Below the pieces are notes generated by a model. It was not told the origin of the DNA. It searched no databases and saw nothing but the letters and a program-made list of their open reading frames with translations. The position numbers and the translations under genes are program-made. A DNA stretch of 64,000 nucleotides, taken from positions 248,001 through 312,000 of the forward strand of contig JAANOX010000061.1 of the NCBI GenBank assembly GCA_020184695.1. The letters are read 5' to 3'. The DNA is from Histomonas meleagridis 2922-C6/04-290x. Taxonomy: Eukaryota > Protista > Parabasalia. Below are positions 42,082 through 54,600 of the stretch, piece after piece. Positions within the stretch are counted from its first letter, which is position 1, and every line of letters starts with the position of its first letter.

Positions 42082-44626
42082 TTAAATTCCTCCATGTTCA
42101 AGAAGTAATAAAGCAATTTCTCCATAATTATTTTTTGTTGCCAAGAGGAGTGCTGTTTTAAAAGTTTTTAATAAGTGCCAAATATTATTTTGGAACTAAA
42201 AATCATTTTAATAAACATAATGTAAAAAGAAAAAACATTTTCTAGCTTTGTATTAGCTCCTAATTTAAGTAGTAATTCAACTATTTCCTTGTAACCATTT
42301 CTTGATGCGTACATGAGAGATGTGCAAAATATTTTTTATTTATTCCAAATGTTATATTTAAACCCAAAATGAATTAAAGAAATTTTAAATAAATTCAAAA
42401 AATATCTTGTTCATTGATATTAATAATATAATGATTTAAAAGATATTGCATTACTTCTATATTTCCAAATCTCGAAGCATATATAAATGCTGAGTCAAAT
42501 ACTTTAAAGAATTTCCGGAAATTGTTTTGAAATATTAAATAACGTTAATGAATATTTAATAGAATATATTAACATCAATGTTTTTAATATTAATTCCTTT
42601 TTCATTTAGAAGAATTTCTGCTATTATTGTATGACCATATTCAATTGCAATTTTTAATACTGTTTGAAATAATGTAAATAAATTCCAAATTTTATTGTGA
42701 AATTGCAAATTATTTAAATATACATTAAATATAATGATTAAATATCTCTTGCACCCAAATCATTGTTTGTAAATTTAAGTAATAACTTAACAATATCTGT
42801 ATAGCCTTTTTCTGTTGCAAAGAAAAGTGCTGTATAAAATATTATTAATAAATTCCAAATATTATTTTGAAATTAAAAATTATTTCAAAAAACTCTGAAC
42901 AATTTTAAAAAACAGATATAATTTCAGTGTTAACATTATGATCAAGTAATATTTTAACAATTTCCGTATAACCTTTAGTAACAGCGATTCGAAATGGTGT
43001 AAAAAACAATTTATTAAAACTCCAAATAAAATTTTGAAATACGAAATTATAAAAACAAACGAAAAAACAAATGAATTAATATCAATATTATTTATATTAA
43101 CTCCTTTTTGATGAATTAATAGTTTAACAATTTCTGTGTTACCATTTTCTACAGCTACTGAAAACGCTGACTGAAATAATCTTAACATACACCAAATGAA
43201 ATTTTGAAACAATAAATTATTAAAATAAACATGAAATCAAATAAATTAATGTCTTTATAATTGATGTCAATATCTTTTTGTTCAAGAAGTAATTTAACAA
43301 CATCAATATTACCGTTTTTTGCTGCAGTCATTAGAGCAGTTTGAAATATTTTGAAGAAATCTCAAGTAATATTTTGATATACGAAATCATTGAAATATAT
43401 ATTAAAAATTATATATGAATATCTGTTTCATTAATGTCAACAATTTTTTGATCAATAATATACTTAACAAGTTCAACATTACCTGATTTTGAAGCTATAA
43501 TTAAAATGTCATTTGGAATATAATTAATTTTGTAAAGGAATTCCTTAACAATATACAAATTACCAATTTCCACACATTCTTCGATAATAGGTAAAGTAAT
43601 TTTTATTTTTTCCTCTAAATAGAAAAGAATTTCGTAATTGTGATATGAAATACATTTTAATATTAATTTTTCCAAATCATTAACTTCCACAATATCATTT
43701 TCATAAAGATATTTAAAGATATCATTTCTATGAAATTTCATTGCTGCTTCATATGCACCTTCAAATGATGAATGATTTTGTTCACACAAATAAATAATTT
43801 CTTCATTTCCACCTGCAACTGCATATTTGCCTGTTTTATTTACATTAGCATTATTCATAAGTAAATATTTAAAACATTTAACTGATCCAAAAAATGCTGC
43901 ATAATCAATTAATGTAACATCATCTTGATTAATAAATGAATATCTTTCATAAGGTGATGGCTCAATTTTTTGATTAAAATCAAAATTTGTTTGTGATGAT
44001 ATTTCTTGAAATTTTTCTATTTCATCATTTCGAATTATTTTTGCAATTTCATTTGGATTATGTCCTTCTTTAATATATTTCTTATGAAGTTCCCAATCAT
44101 TATTTGATAGTTCTTTGAGATTATTCGAAAAAAAACCAAAAGTGTAATCATAATCACCCTTTTCTATGTAATGCATAAAAAATTGTGATTTCATTTTTTT
44201 AATATTAGTTATATCAACCAAATTTCGTTCAAACATATGGTTAATTATATAAAGTGTTTCTTGGGATCTATTATTTGTTATGAATTTAGTAAAAATTTCC
44301 ATGATTTTGGGAAGATTATTATTAATTCTTTCCTCTTCTATTTGAATAGATTCTAAATATTTCATATATTTATCAATTCCATTCATATGGGAGCAGATTG
44401 CATAATAAACTAGATTTTTAATGGTAAAATTAAATGAATGAGGATAATTTGGATCAAATAATTTCATTGATTGCGAAATTGACATATCAAGGTTTTCATC
44501 GTTCATGTTAAATATTATTTTTTCAAGCTTTAAAAGAAGTTTTTTAGTACTGGATATAGCTGAAGAAGACATCAATAAAAATGCCTTTGACAAAAATAGA
44601 CAAAATAAGATTTTCAATGATTCCAT
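42082..44626 (-). CDS. DUF3447-ankyrin locus 3 with eight 77-nt intervening sequences
   Basis: ORF 43409-44626 (N-domain + DUF3447), then eight stop-free, strongly diverged ankyrin cassettes ending KTALLLATKNNYGEIALLLLEHGGI* (TAA 42082-42084). Confidence 0.82.
42160..43420 (-). repeat. Diverged cassette array, 8 units
   Basis: Intervening sequences start at 43420, 43250, 43080, 42913, 42743, 42573, 42403 and 42236; each is 77 nt. The boundary of the 42913 unit is inferred from a 30-aa cassette. Confidence 0.88.
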
Positions 44627-45064
44627 ATTTTGACAATATTGTTTGGTATTTTGAATACTTTTTGAATAGAATTTCTTTTTGATATTACATATATGTAAGA
44701 ATCAACAAAAATTGTCAAATTTGCAAAGCACTTTTTTTTTTTGCAAAGAATGCCTTTGAATTTGAATTTCATAAACTTTCAGTATTAGAAAAAATAATAT
44801 AGTATCAAATTAACATTAATGTGAATTAGAATTTTATTTAACATATGTTATATGATATTTCTAGATAATATAAAATTAAACAAGATATACGTTCATTTAG
44901 AAATGATCCATTAATCAAGCAAGTGATATCACATGTCATTTAAAGGAATTTAATTTTACATGTTGGTTAACAAATTATGTTATTTCAAGCCATTTTATAC
45001 ACAACATTTGTTTTAAAAAATGTTGGATACTTATTGTTTTATTTAAATAGATTTCTTTTTGTAT

Positions 45065-48000
45065 TTAATCTATTGCACCCTTCTCACGAAGTAATTCAAT
45101 TATTTCAGTATAATCATTATCCTCTGCACATGTAAGTGCTGTTTCAAATATTTTACACAAATTCCAAACATAAATTTCAAACATAAAATTTTATCAACAA
45201 ATTTTAAACAAAATATTTAAATATCTTTTGCATTGATGTCAATTTGTTTTTGTTTAATGAGTAATTTAGCTATTTCAAGTTGACCATTTTCTAATGCAAT
45301 CATAAGTGCTGTTTCAAATACTTCGAAAGTTCCCCATTTATTGTTTTGAAATATCAATTTGTTGGAATAAATATTAAATTAATCTAAAAAAGGTTTTTAA
45401 TATTAACATCAATTCTATTTTCTTCAAGAAGTAATTTAACTATTTGTGTATTACCACTTTCACATGCAGACATTAGTACTGTAAAAAATATTTTACACAA
45501 ATTCCAAACATAAATTTAAAACATAAAATTTTATCAACAAATTTTAAACAAAATATTTAAATATCTTTAGCATTGATGTCAATTTGTTTTTGTTGAATGA
45601 GTAATTTAACTAATTCAAGTTGACCATTTTCTAGTAAAGTAATGAGAGCTGTTTTAAAAATTATGTTTAATTTCCAAATATTGTTTTGATATTTTAAGTT
45701 TTTATAATAAATAACAAATAAAATAAACAAATATATCCAATGTTAACATCAATTTTTTCATTTTTGAGAAGTACTTTGACTATTTCAAAATGTTCAATTT
45801 CTAATGCACAGAAAAGTGCTGTTTTAAATAATTTTAATAATTTCCAAATATTATTTTGAATTAGCAAATCATGAGAATAAAGATTATATAAAACTTATTA
45901 ATATTTTTAACATTAACATCAATTCCTTCTTGTTCGAGTAGTAATTTAACGAATTCCAATTAATTATTTGAAGATGATATAATAAGTGCTGTGTTAAATG
46001 GTATGAAAAATTTCCGAATATTACATTGAAATATCAAATTGTTGGAATAAATATTAGAATAACCTAAAAAAGATTTTTAATATTAACATCAATTTCATTT
46101 TTTTCAAGAAGTAATTTAACTATTTCATTTAGATCATTTTCAAATGTCATAATATTTGATGTATTAAATAATTCGAAAAAATTCCAAATATTATTTCGAG
46201 ATATTATATTTATCTATTACATTGTACTTGATTTCTATCGCAATCATAAGTGTTGTTTTAAATAATTTAAATAATTTCCAAATATTATTTTGGAATATAA
46301 AATTATTAAAATAATTTTTAAATAAAACAAATAAATATTTTTAGCATTAATATCAATTCCTTCTTGTTCAAGAAGTAATTTAACTATTTCTGTATGACCA
46401 CGATAAGATGCCAAAATAAGTGCTGTATTAAATAATTTAAATAATTTCCAAATATTATTTCTAAATATCAAATTATTAAAATAAATTTTGTTTTTAGCAT
46501 TAATATCAATTCCTTCTTGCTCAAGAAGTAATTTAACTATTTCTGTATTACCACGATAAGATGCCAAAATAATTGCTGTTCTAAATTATTTAAATAATTT
46601 CCAAATTTTATTTTGAAATATAAAATTATTAAAATAAATTTTAAATAAAACAAATAAATATCTTTAACATTAATATCAATTCCTTCATACTCAAGAAGTA
46701 ATTCAACTATTTCTGTATGACCATTTTCAGATGAAAATATAAGTGCTGTATTAAATAATTTAAATCATTTCCAAATATTATTTTGAAATAAGAAATTATT
46801 ATAATAAATCTTAATTAAAATAAATAAATATCTTTAGCATTAATATCAATTTTTTCTTGTTCAAGAAGTAATTTAACGATTTCTTTATGGTCATTATAAG
46901 ATGCGATCATAAGTGCTGTCCAAAATAATTTAAATAATTTCCAAATATTATTTAGAAATATCAAATTATTAAAATAAATTTTATATAAAACAAATAAATA
47001 TTTTGAGCATTAATATCAATTCTTTTTGTTCAAGAAGATATATAACTATTTCTGTATAACCATTTGAAGATGAAAATATAAGTGCTGTATTAAATAATTT
47101 AAATAATTTTCAAATATTATTTAGAAATATCAAATTATTAAAATAAATTTTAAGTAAAACAAATAAATATCATTAACATCAATATTAATTCCTTTTTGTT
47201 CAAAAAGTAATTTAACTATTTCATTACCATTTTGATATGCTCTCATAAGTGAAGTCCAAAATAATTTAAATAATTATCAAATATTATTTAGAAATATCAA
47301 ATTATTAAAATAAATATAAAATAAAACAAATAAATATCTGTAACATTAATGTTAATTTCTTTTTGTTTCAGTAAAAATAATAATAGTTTGACACTTATAA
47401 TGTCTTTTTGGACAAACAAATACGAATTGTTAAGATTTTTGGTAAAGAAATAAAATGATATTCGAAATTTTTCGAATTTATTTTCATATAAATAATGAAA
47501 GATATCATTTCTATGAAATTTCATTGCTGCTTCATATGCACCTTCAAATGATGAATGATTTTGTTCACACAAATAAATAATTTCTTCATTTCCACCTGCA
47601 ACTGCATATTTGCCTGTTTTATTTACATTAGCATTATTCATAAGCAAATATTTAAAACATTTAACTGATCCAAAAAATGCTGCATAATCAATTAATGTAA
47701 CATCATCTTGATTAATAAATGAATATCTTTCATAAAGTGATGGTTCAATTTTCTGATTAAAATCAAAATTTGTTTGTGATGATATTTCTTGAAATTTTTC
47801 TATTTCATCATTTCGAATTATTTTTGCAATTTCATTTGGATTATGTCCTTCTTTAATATATTTCTTATGAAGTTCCCAATCATTATTTGATAGTTCTTTT
47901 ATATTTTGAATGAAGTAAAGAAAAAATGGCATGGATTTTCCATCTACCCACATTGAATGGTTTAATTCTTCATCCGATAAATAATGTGCAAAATATAAAG

Positions 48001-48406
48001 TTTTCATGTTTAAGATAAATTCGATATTAATCATATTTAATTCAATCATTTTTCCTAGTAAAAATAAAGATCCTTCATTATTCAAGTATCGAAGATACTT
48101 AGAAAATGTATTCATTATTTCGTTTTTTTCGTTGAATTCTTTATCTTTATTCTCAAGTTTTTCCAGGAATTTAAAATATAGATGAAAATCTTTCATCTGT
48201 GATTGAAATAATGAATAAGTAAATTTACATATAACTATATTTAAATCCCGGGAAATAGTGTTATGAGATAAATCAATGATCGATTTAATTGTTTCTTGTA
48301 TATTGTCTTCTCTTAGATTGAAAATAATTTCTTCAAGTGATTCATAGAATGTTCCAAAGTCAACATTAGGACAATTAAAATGTTCTATTGTATTGTTATT
48401 ATCCAT
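45065..48406 (-). CDS. DUF3447-ankyrin locus 4 with 14 intervening sequences; some cassettes damaged
   Basis: ORF 47297-48406, then cassettes down to ETALTCAEDNDYTEIIELLREKGAID* (TAA 45065-45067). One cassette has a 1-nt deletion (about 47020), one is truncated (about 46200) and one has an in-frame TAA (45960-45962). Confidence 0.75.
45146..47335 (-). repeat. Ankyrin cassette / intervening-sequence array, 14 units
   Basis: 77-nt units start at 47335, 47168, 46999, 46829, 46659, 46336, 46072, 45902, 45732, 45562, 45392 and 45222. There is one 60-nt unit (46489-46430) and one truncated unit (about 46200-46166). Confidence 0.88.
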
Positions 48407-49057
48407 TTAAAACGACCTAATTAAAAAATGCCAATGATGTTTTGAATGGTGCAAAAACGGTTTATTTGCTTTTTGCCCATAATTTTCAATACATTATAAT
48501 CGTCATCAATTAATAATTGTCATCTTCCCCTTCTTCTTATTCTAAAGCACAGAACAGGCGAAAGATATTGGAGATAACTAGGCTCTTTCATTGCCACCTG
48601 AAATTCTAAAAATATAGCGCTTATGCAAAGGCCAAATGCCATGGCAACACATTTTTTGAAAAGTGACTTCAAAAAACCCTATCGGAGCGGTTATCAACAA
48701 GATTAATTTGAGAAAGTGTGCTTGAATTTTGATATAAACAAGTAATATCACTTTTTGATGAATAATTACATGTTTGTTTTTATTAACTTAGAAAAAACAA
48801 TAATTAATAAAATAATATTATTAACTCATAAAACATAAATATTATAACTATTTAACATATGTCTAATATCTGTGAGAGATAAAATAAATAATGAGGAAGA
48901 AATGTTCAGACGTGTATAAAGACAAATCAAAAATAACATTTATAATTAATATTTTGTCATCAATTTAAAAGTATTGGAAGATCAATTAACAGGAAAATCA
49001 TTGTATTAATGAAAATTTTAAACGTTCATTTATATATAACGTTTTTTTCTGAATCAA

Positions 49058-51187
49058 ATGACTGAGGATGAAAAAAACAAAACAGATCAAAATGAATCAA
49101 AAGTAAGTCGTAAAAATAGTTGGGCAATCCAAGTTGTTGCAAGGGTTCGCCCATGTTTTGATGAAATTGCTGATTATCAAGATTTTCAACCAAATGAATT
49201 AGTTGAAAATGGTATTCGGATTGAAGTTAAGCCTGGTACCAAGTTAGGCTGGATGACTAATCCTAAGCCTCACTATGAATATGGCTTCAACAAATTATTT
49301 TGGAAAGATTCCAATCAAGAGAACATTTTTAATACAGTTGCCAAGCCACTTATTGATCATGCACTTCAAGGGTACAATGCCACTCTTTTTGCTTATGGTC
49401 AAACCGGTTCTGGGAAGACCTATACATTATCTGGTGGTGATTCCTTTGAAGATCGCGGTATTATTCCACGCTCCATCTCTTATATTTATCAACAAGTACG
49501 TGAAAGCCGCGAATTCCAATATGATATTCGAGTCTCATACATTGAAATTTATAATAGTTTTATATATGATCTATTAACATCATCTGTACCATCACGGGAG
49601 AAAATCCTTGAAGGACTTTCCAAAGTTCGTCTCCATGATTCACCACAAGGCATTCAAATGGTCATTGATGGTCCCAAAGTTTCATATCCACTTGTTCCAT
49701 GTCCAAATGATGAAACTGCTTTTTCGAATCTATTCTTAGGCGAAACAAATCGCGCGATTGCAGCCACAGCATCGAATGATGTCTCCTCACGTTCACATTG
49801 TATCTTTACGTTTTACTTAGAAGCGAAAAATGTCCAAACAGGCGAACTACGAACATCGAAAATGAATTTTGTCGATCTCGCAGGTTCCGAACGAATGGAC
49901 AACTTAGACTCAAATGATCGAGTACAAGAAGCGCGTTTTATTAATCAATCATTGTTTTATCTTCATCGAGTCATTGAAGCGTTACGTGATCATAGTGACT
50001 TTATACCTTATCGCGACTCGAAGTTAACAATGATTTTAAAGGATTCTTTAGGCGGTAATTGCATGACAACTATGATTGCGACATTATCATCAAAGCTAAA
50101 TCATATCCCAGAAACTATAGCTACTTGTAAATTCGCAAGAAGTGTTATGACGATTAAAAATAACGCAGTAGAAAACATATCAATGGACCCTAAAATATTA
50201 ATAGAAAAACTTAGAGCCGAAATTTTAAGATTAAGAAAAGAATTGGCAGTCGCTAGAGGAGAAGAAGAAGATAAACCTATGACAGAAGAAGAAAAAGATC
50301 AGTTAAAAGATGCAATTAATGATTTCATGAAAGGAGTTTCTGATTTGCCAACAATTTCCCCATCAAAAATACCCTTTTGTCTGGAGTACGTTAGAGATAA
50401 CGGTCTCGGTGGGGGTGCCTCAAAATCCGAGGCTCCCCAAATCGTGGGTGATAAAGAACTTAGAAAAGCTGTGAGCAAACTTGGAAAAAAACTACAAAGT
50501 AGAGAAAATGAAATATCTGTTCTTGTTAATATGTTGAACCAACGTAAAAATAGATCTGTTGCTTGGGTTCAAACAAATATGGATGGAAATGGAGGTGAAG
50601 CTATAGAAACAAAACCTCTTGATAAAAAAGAAGCCTTCAAACAATTCGTTCAAAATCATCCAAGATATCGTTCAATTGAACAAAATACAAATCTAATGAA
50701 GAAAAAATTAATTGAAGCAAAATCTTTGGCTGAAGAAGCCCATAAACTTAAAAACCAAGCGAGCGAACTCAAACAAACTCTTAAACAACGTTCAGAACAA
50801 CTAAGTGATGAGGAACTTGTATCTGATGCACAAATGAGCGAACTAAAATCATCCATTTCAAAGTGTGCCGACAGCTACATGAAGATATGTGCTGATATGC
50901 AAGCTCGGAAGCGCGAAGTTGAGACAATTAAAACTATGGTCGAATCATATAAAAAACAGATCAAACGCGACTTTGCATCTTTTTGGCTTGGGCAGACGGA
51001 GTCTAGTGGCAGCACAGTGCCAGAAGGTGCGCGCGATGAGGAAGTTGGAGTTTTGATAAAATCAAATGAGTTTGAAGCAACCGGAGATGCACTGGCTGAT
51101 GAAGCAATGAGAAGATTCAGGAAGTCAAAGGAATTGTTCATGAAAAAGGCGGAAGAAGTGCAAAGGAGACAGAATGCGAATGTTTAA
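49058..51187 (+). CDS. Kinesin motor, kinesin-9 (KIF6/KIF9)-like
   Basis: AYGQTGSGKT, RGIIPRSI, SYIEIYN, NDVSSRSH, FVDLAGSER, IPYRDSKLT, LGGNC; coiled-coil tail. Confidence 0.92.
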   Translation: MTEDEKNKTDQNESKVSRKNSWAIQVVARVRPCFDEIADYQDFQPNELVENGIRIEVKPGTKLGWMTNPKPHYEYGFNKLFWKDSNQENIFNTVAKPLIDHALQGYNATLFAYGQTGSGKTYTLSGGDSFEDRGIIPRSISYIYQQVRESREFQYDIRVSYIEIYNSFIYDLLTSSVPSREKILEGLSKVRLHDSPQGIQMVIDGPKVSYPLVPCPNDETAFSNLFLGETNRAIAATASNDVSSRSHCIFTFYLEAKNVQTGELRTSKMNFVDLAGSERMDNLDSNDRVQEARFINQSLFYLHRVIEALRDHSDFIPYRDSKLTMILKDSLGGNCMTTMIATLSSKLNHIPETIATCKFARSVMTIKNNAVENISMDPKILIEKLRAEILRLRKELAVARGEEEDKPMTEEEKDQLKDAINDFMKGVSDLPTISPSKIPFCLEYVRDNGLGGGASKSEAPQIVGDKELRKAVSKLGKKLQSRENEISVLVNMLNQRKNRSVAWVQTNMDGNGGEAIETKPLDKKEAFKQFVQNHPRYRSIEQNTNLMKKKLIEAKSLAEEAHKLKNQASELKQTLKQRSEQLSDEELVSDAQMSELKSSISKCADSYMKICADMQARKREVETIKTMVESYKKQIKRDFASFWLGQTESSGSTVPEGARDEEVGVLIKSNEFEATGDALADEAMRRFRKSKELFMKKAEEVQRRQNANV

Positions 51188-51633
51188 TAAATTGTGTGTT
51201 TGTTTTTGAAATGGCTGAGATAATAAATGTGTTGTGTTTAAATCAGCTGAAAAACGTTTTCTACTAATTTTTCCCTAAATAATAATTAATTGCTATGATC
51301 ATAGTCATGATACACTTTGGTTATCCTTAAGCACTTAATAGAAATATTACAAATCTTTGCAATATAAAAAGACCTATGGACAAACAATTGAGCAATATAA
51401 AAGCAATGTACGAATTAATCTAATTGAAATAAGAAAATAAACAAAACACTAACACACTTATATGATCTATTCAAATATTCATAAACACATGTTGAAACAA
51501 TTAAACATTGAGAAAGCCATTAAATAACAGAGACCATTTACAACATTTTAATATTTGCTATTCTCAAAATACGTTTCATCGATTTGGACTCCATATTTTC
51601 ATTCAAACATTTGATATTATATATAACAAAATT

Positions 51634-54600
51634 TTATTCATTTGAATATCCGGTCACCACATACGTGTGATACATTTTCCCTTTAATTTCCACGTCTCCT
51701 CTTTCCTTAATTCTAAATATTGTGCCGAACACCAAATCATAACAATGCTGTGGGATATGCACATTCATTGGTACTCCGTGATGTTCCATCATTGCCGCCA
51801 AGCAAATTGCAGAGCCCAAAATATCGAATGTTGGCTTTTCGATACCTAAAACTCCAGCAACAATTGGCCCACCAGTGTTTACACCTACTCTAATTCTTAA
51901 TGATTCATTTAATTCGATATCCAACAATTGTATTGCTTTAATTATATCAATACCGAATGAAATTGTTTGTTTTGTATGTTCTGCAGGTTGATTAATTTCA
52001 TCGAATATACCTCCAGCGCACATATAACAATCGCCAATACATTTGATCTTCATCATTCGATCATATTTCTTAAGGATTCGATCGAATTCCAAAAACAATC
52101 GATTTAATGTTTTCATTACATAAGAAGCTGGATGTGAACCACACCATGGAGTGAAACTAACTATATCGACAAACATTATCGAAGCAGATTTAACAGAGAA
52201 CGAAATATTTTTCTCTCCATTTTGTAATTTGGTGACAATTGAAGGCGGTAATATCATCGATAAAAGTTTTTCACTTTTAATACTTTCTTCTGTTAATAAT
52301 TTATTTGCAATGATAGTCGAAGTCATATCTTTAATTAATAATGCAAAGAATGCAATCGAATCAATGTTTGTAGTTTTGTTTAACACATAACCATTAGATG
52401 ATATTGCTGTTAATGATAATTCTAATGTGACTTCTTTTTGTTTGTTCATTACTTCGATTTGGATGACTAATGATGGAGTTCTTTGACTTTTAGAAATTCC
52501 GGAAATTGCTAAATAAAATGCAGATAATGAACTATCTTTACCATAAGGTGCTTCAAATATTTCATTAATGTTTTTACCAATTAATGATTGAGGATCTTTA
52601 CCAATTATTGCTTCTATTGATCGATTACAACTAATAATATCAAAAGTATTTGTTAAAAAGATTACTCCATCAAGTAAATTCGAGACAACTGTTTCATAAA
52701 ATGTTGAAGTTTCTTGTAAATTATTTATATCTTTATTCTTTGTAAAGTTATTCATTATAATTCGCATTATAGGTTTAGATTGCATTACAATATTTGGATC
52801 ACAAAATAATAATAATCGTAAGATCCAACATGCGACATTAGCAGTAGCTATAAATTGTGGTATTAAACATGAACAACATAAAATGACATTAAGTGCTAAT
52901 ACTATAATTGGTATTACCATATTATATATTGTCCAATTACTTGAATATTGTTCAAATACACCATCTAAGATTTGAATTGCTGGTGTAAGAAATTCATTTT
53001 TAGCTCGTCCTAATAACCATACTATCATAAAGTTTAGTTTATCATCATCAAATGTTATAGTATTTACATTATATTCATTAAATGAAAATTCTTCAATAAT
53101 TTGGAACCAAATATATGATATAATATTTTCATAACTTTCACAATTAAAAACTTGATAATCTTTTTCGATTTCATATGATGTAATTTCACATGTATTCTCT
53201 GTTAAATATCGTATCATTTCTTCGCCGCCAATTTCTAATCCTTGTGAATGCATATCTGTTGATCCTAATCTTAAATTATTAACTTTTTCGACAGCTTGTG
53301 ATAATATCATTTTTAATTCATCTGTTACAACTTCATAATTTTCTTGTGAATTTATTGGTAATAAAACTTCTTCTTTTTCAAACTCCGATTTAGCTGATAA
53401 ACGTAATGAATTAAATAACATGAAATTAAAGACTATTGCTGTACGAGGAGTTTCTGCATATAATGGTATAATTTGTTTAAATCGATTTATAGCACTATTA
53501 GTTTGTAATAAAAATATTAATACAATTATTATCATACAAACAGAAAATATTATAATTAATAATATAATTTTCCAAAATTGATTTGATAAATTAGTTTTGT
53601 TACTAACAGATGTCGATAATATTCGATATGCATTATCTTCTAAATCATTTTGTACTTTATTATTCGAATTAGCATCAAGTTCATCTTCTTCTTTATTTTG
53701 TTTCTTCTTATTTAAATTACTTACAATTGTTGAAATTACTGATTTAGGTAATGATTTAAATGATTCATAAATCATATTCTTTTCAGAGTTTAATGAAATT
53801 ATTAAATATATTATATAAATAATAAATGCTATAAATATTAACAAAATTAAACATGTAGTAAATATATAAATTTTGTTTTGCGTCGAATTTAATTCTTCAA
53901 ATATTCCTTCAATTGCTTCAATTTCAAATGTTTCACTATGAATAATCATATTATAAGTATTCTTTATCATTGTCCAAAACTCAAAATCTTCTAAAATCTT
54001 TAATGGGTCATTTGAATTAACAGCTATAATAGCAATATTCATTATATAAGTTATCATATATTCTAAAGAATAATTTTCGACGACATAATCATTTTGATTT
54101 AAATATGTATTCATTGTTAAATTATTAGAATATAATACATTAATTGTATTTAAGAAATTCGAATTTGTCGAAAAGTCTTGAATACGTTCATTAATTTCAC
54201 TTAATAAACTAGAGACTTGTTTTACCATATTTAATGTTGCATTAGTATCAGTATCCCAACTATCAGGTAAATCATCAAATGTTTGATATATAATTTGCCA
54301 ACGATCTTTTAATGATATCATATTAGTTAAACCAGTATTATGAAATACTGTATGATAAGTAAGTATCGGTAATTCTGATATATAATATGTTAATTCCGAA
54401 ATCTTTCGTATTATAAAACTAACATCATTAATTGATGAAACTTCAGAAAATATAAATGCAAATACTCCAATAATACATGCACAAATACATATTATAAATA
54501 ACACTATAATTAATGGGCCATATTTCATCGATGGTATTTGGATACTATTAATCATTGATTCAATATAACGATATTGTAATATATCTTCACTTTCATTAAG

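Noticed and set aside
42160-43420. Ciliate-style TA-bounded IES excision
   Set aside because: TA at positions 4-5 and 73-74 would remove 69 nt, which does not restore the frame, and these TAs are not conserved in all units.
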